A stretch of 64,000 bases of DNA from contig CAWCDG010000002.1 of NCBI GenBank assembly GCA_963794325.1, forward strand, positions 448,001-512,000. Direction: 5' to 3'. Positions 61,494 through 64,000 of the stretch are shown piece by piece. The notes beneath the pieces are model-generated. The model saw nothing but the letters and a program-made list of their open reading frames with translations. It searched no databases and was not told the DNA's origin. Each line of letters begins with the position of its first letter. The first letter of the stretch is position 1. Origin of the DNA: an uncultured delta proteobacterium. GTDB taxonomy: Bacteria; Desulfobacterota; Binatia; Binatales; Binataceae. Position numbers and translations under genes: made by a program.

Positions 61494-62455
61494 ACCAGCA
61501 CGGCCTCTTGGGCACCAAAGAGACGAGAATGATTTGCCTCGCCGAGAATTCGCACACGCGCGAGCTTCAAGTATTCTGGCTCAATCTCATTCCCGATAGA
61601 ATTTCGTCCAGTACGAATAGCGGCAACGGTCGTCGATCCAGTTCCGACGAAAGGATCCAAAATCGTATCGCCTGCAAATGAGAACATGCGGATAAGCCGC
61701 TCTGCCAATTGGACTGGGTATGGTGCCGGATGGCCCTCCCGCGTTGATGCGCCTGCAATCTCTGTCCAAAAAGGTCGAAACCAACTTTTCATCTCGCCCT
61801 TGGTCAGCATTGAAAGTGCCTTCTGTGTCGGAGTCACTGATCGATATTGCCCGCCCTTGCGAAAAAACAAAATGTGTTCAATGTCGTTCTTGATTACCTG
61901 TCCCGGCTGGTAGGGTTTTCCGTAGAATCCGGCGCCGTTGCCTTCCGCTTCCCTCGCACCATTAGCAATTTTGTACCAGAGGATGGGCGTAAGACAATCA
62001 AGGCCAGTGCCGCGCATCCGTACTTGGATGTCGGAGTGGAGCGGCATCACGTAATGGCGTCCTCCTTTTTTTCGTGAAATACACACGTCGCCCACAACGC
62101 AACAGATGCGCCCACCCGGAACGAGGATACGCATGCATTCGCGCCACACTTTGTCGAGTTCATCGAGAAACAGATCGTAGTCTTTGATGAAGCCCATCTG
62201 ATTGGGTGTTCGCCGATATTCCTTGAGCGTCCAATATGGTGGCGAAGTCACTATGAGATGCGCAGAGGAATCGGCGACCCATGACAGATCTCGAGCATCT
62301 CCCAAATGCAGACGATGAACGGTTCGATTGAAGGGACGCGGCCACGGCTTCGCCCGAGAGCGTTCATTGGCGCGCAGAAGCGCACTCAAGCCTTCGGGCG
62401 TATTGTCAGGGGCATTGTTCCCGTTGTGGGCTACCGCTTCTTCCACCGCACCCAT
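61490..62455 (-). CDS. site-specific DNA methyltransferase, beta class (N4-C/N6-A)
   Basis: TSPPY (motif IV) before HPAPYP and ILDPFVGTGST (motif I). Confidence 0.95.
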   Translation of the reverse strand: MGAVEEAVAHNGNNAPDNTPEGLSALLRANERSRAKPWPRPFNRTVHRLHLGDARDLSWVADSSAHLIVTSPPYWTLKEYRRTPNQMGFIKDYDLFLDELDKVWRECMRILVPGGRICCVVGDVCISRKKGGRHYVMPLHSDIQVRMRGTGLDCLTPILWYKIANGAREAEGNGAGFYGKPYQPGQVIKNDIEHILFFRKGGQYRSVTPTQKALSMLTKGEMKSWFRPFWTEIAGASTREGHPAPYPVQLAERLIRMFSFAGDTILDPFVGTGSTTVAAIRTGRNSIGNEIEPEYLKLARVRILGEANHSRLFGAQEAVLV

Positions 62456-63223
62456 CAGAATAGCCTCCCCTGCACCCGACCGTCGAGAACCTTGGCAAAC
62501 TGGCTCGCGATACCGCAAGCGCTTACCTTGGGCGGCGCGAACCTCCCGCGCCAATCGTTTGCCACCATCAACTTTGCGCGCATTCCATCAAAAATCAAAC
62601 TCCGCGACGTACCAATGCAGGTGTCTTCGGCTAACGTTGTGGAAAGTTCCATAGATACTACGCTTGAGCAAAGAGAATGCCGACTCCGCGGTGTTGCTAT
62701 GAGCGCTCGGCCATCTCGCGTATTGACCTCTACGGCGAGGTGATTCCGCATCGCGCAAATGGCCTTATGACGAAGCTTTGTGCAAATCCGCGCACTATCC
62801 GTCATCGGGTAGGAGTCGCGGCTTACGTTCTCGACGAAAATCCCCCGGACGCTTACCGCCGTCACGCCAGCCGTCACGAATCACGGGATTTCGCCGCCGC
62901 GCTCAACCAGTGACACAACAGGCATTTTTTTGCCCGCTGTGCGCGGTTCCGATCGCAGCTGCCGGATGGCGCAGTTGCCGATTCGTAGACGCCGGTCGCG
63001 CGAAACAGCGTGCGTCGTCCTCGACCCGAGGCAATTTCAGGAAGGAACAAAAAAAGCGAAGATGTGTGCTTTGAGGAACTCCGGGGTGTTTGAGAGCGTA
63101 CCACATCGGGCTATGCTATGCGTGACAAATAGTTAACACGCAGCCTGACGACGCCTTCCGTTTAGTCTTCTCACAGTTGCACCGAGTCGGGAGTCGCACT
63201 TCCAGGCGGGCGAAGGAGAGCGG

Positions 63224-64000
63224 GTGCGCCCTGGATTACGAACCGGCGGGATTGTTTCACTGATCGTCGCGGGCGCGCTCGTGGCCGCGGTGCGCGCGGG
63301 AGTTGGCGCGGTTAGCGCGGACCGCGTGATTGGGCAAATCGATTTCATCAAGAACCAGGTGAACTTTGTCGATGCGATCGGAATGAACGCGCCGGCCGGG
63401 GTCGCGATCGATAAGGCCAACGGTCACGTGATTGTGGCGGATTCGCAGAATAATCGCGTGATGGGGTGGGTGAGCGCGGCGGCGTTCGCGGCGGGCGGTG
63501 CGGCGGACCTCGTGATCGGACAGCCGGATTTCAATTCGTCGGGATGCAATCAGAACTCGGCGGCGCCCGATGCGACGACGTTATGCCGGCCGATCGGAGT
63601 GGCGTTCGACTTGGCGCATCGCGTGTACGTCGGCGACGCGCAGAACAATCGGGTGCTGGTGTACGACGATCCGTTTGCGGCGCTCGCCGGCGCCGGCCAT
63701 CAGGCAAGCGACTTTGCGGCGTTCGCGGTATTTGGGCAGGCGGGCAGCTTTATCACCAACATTGCGAATCAAGGTGGGATCGGCGCTAACAGCCTGGACA
63801 GTCCGCAGGGCGTGGCGATCGACGCGAGCGGGAACCTGTTCGTGGCTGACGGGAATAACAATCGCGCGCTGATTTTTTTCTCGCCGATTCCGATGACGAT
63901 GCTCTCGGGGGCGCCGGGGAATTTTGGCGACGCGACGGCGGACGTGGCGATTGGGCAGCCGGACCTCGTCAGCGGAGCATGCAACCAGGGCGAGGGCGCG
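63224..64000 (+). CDS. secreted NHL-repeat protein (partial, runs off the window)
   Basis: GTG start with AAGGAG RBS; ADRVIGQ.DF and repeated P.GVA.D...VAD..NNR units. Not in the ORF track because no stop lies inside the window. Confidence 0.88.
   Translation, partial: MRPGLRTGGIVSLIVAGALVAAVRAGVGAVSADRVIGQIDFIKNQVNFVDAIGMNAPAGVAIDKANGHVIVADSQNNRVMGWVSAAAFAAGGAADLVIGQPDFNSSGCNQNSAAPDATTLCRPIGVAFDLAHRVYVGDAQNNRVLVYDDPFAALAGAGHQASDFAAFAVFGQAGSFITNIANQGGIGANSLDSPQGVAIDASGNLFVADGNNNRALIFFSPIPMTMLSGAPGNFGDATADVAIGQPDLVSGACNQGEGA

Noticed and set aside
63179-63190. GCACCGAGTCGG matching the S. pyogenes tracrRNA 3' hairpin
   Set aside because: A 12-nt chance match in GC-rich DNA; no anti-repeat, cas9 or array.

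Overview
GC-rich bacterial chromosome window. Gene content and repeat style resemble a Deltaproteobacteria-related lineage such as Ca. Binatota (inference). It is mostly housekeeping and metabolic genes: polA (partial), a GldAFG-like ABC system, acpS, uvrD/pcrA, rlmE, thiD, thiE, the NAD-dependent formate dehydrogenase operon fdsGBA(D)-fdhD, ntrB and ntrC split by a five-gene cassette, moeA and ispF. Accessory content is a RelE/ParE toxin-antitoxin pair, a type II restriction-modification pair, an arylsulfatase and several secreted proteins. Main points of interest: (1) a rhodanese-CBS gene read through an in-frame TGA followed by a SECIS-like hairpin (putative selenoprotein, split in two by the ORF track); (2) a secreted thaumatin-like protein; (3) an in-frame FdsA-FdsD fusion; (4) a GluR0-like channel lacking the K+ filter motif; (5) four unrelated families of intergenic palindromic repeats, one G-rich and strand-polarised, another bracketing ispF as 61-bp inverted repeats. 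Six +1 frameshifts in short homopolymers look like sequencing errors. No rRNA, tRNA, CRISPR array, integrase or transposase was seen.
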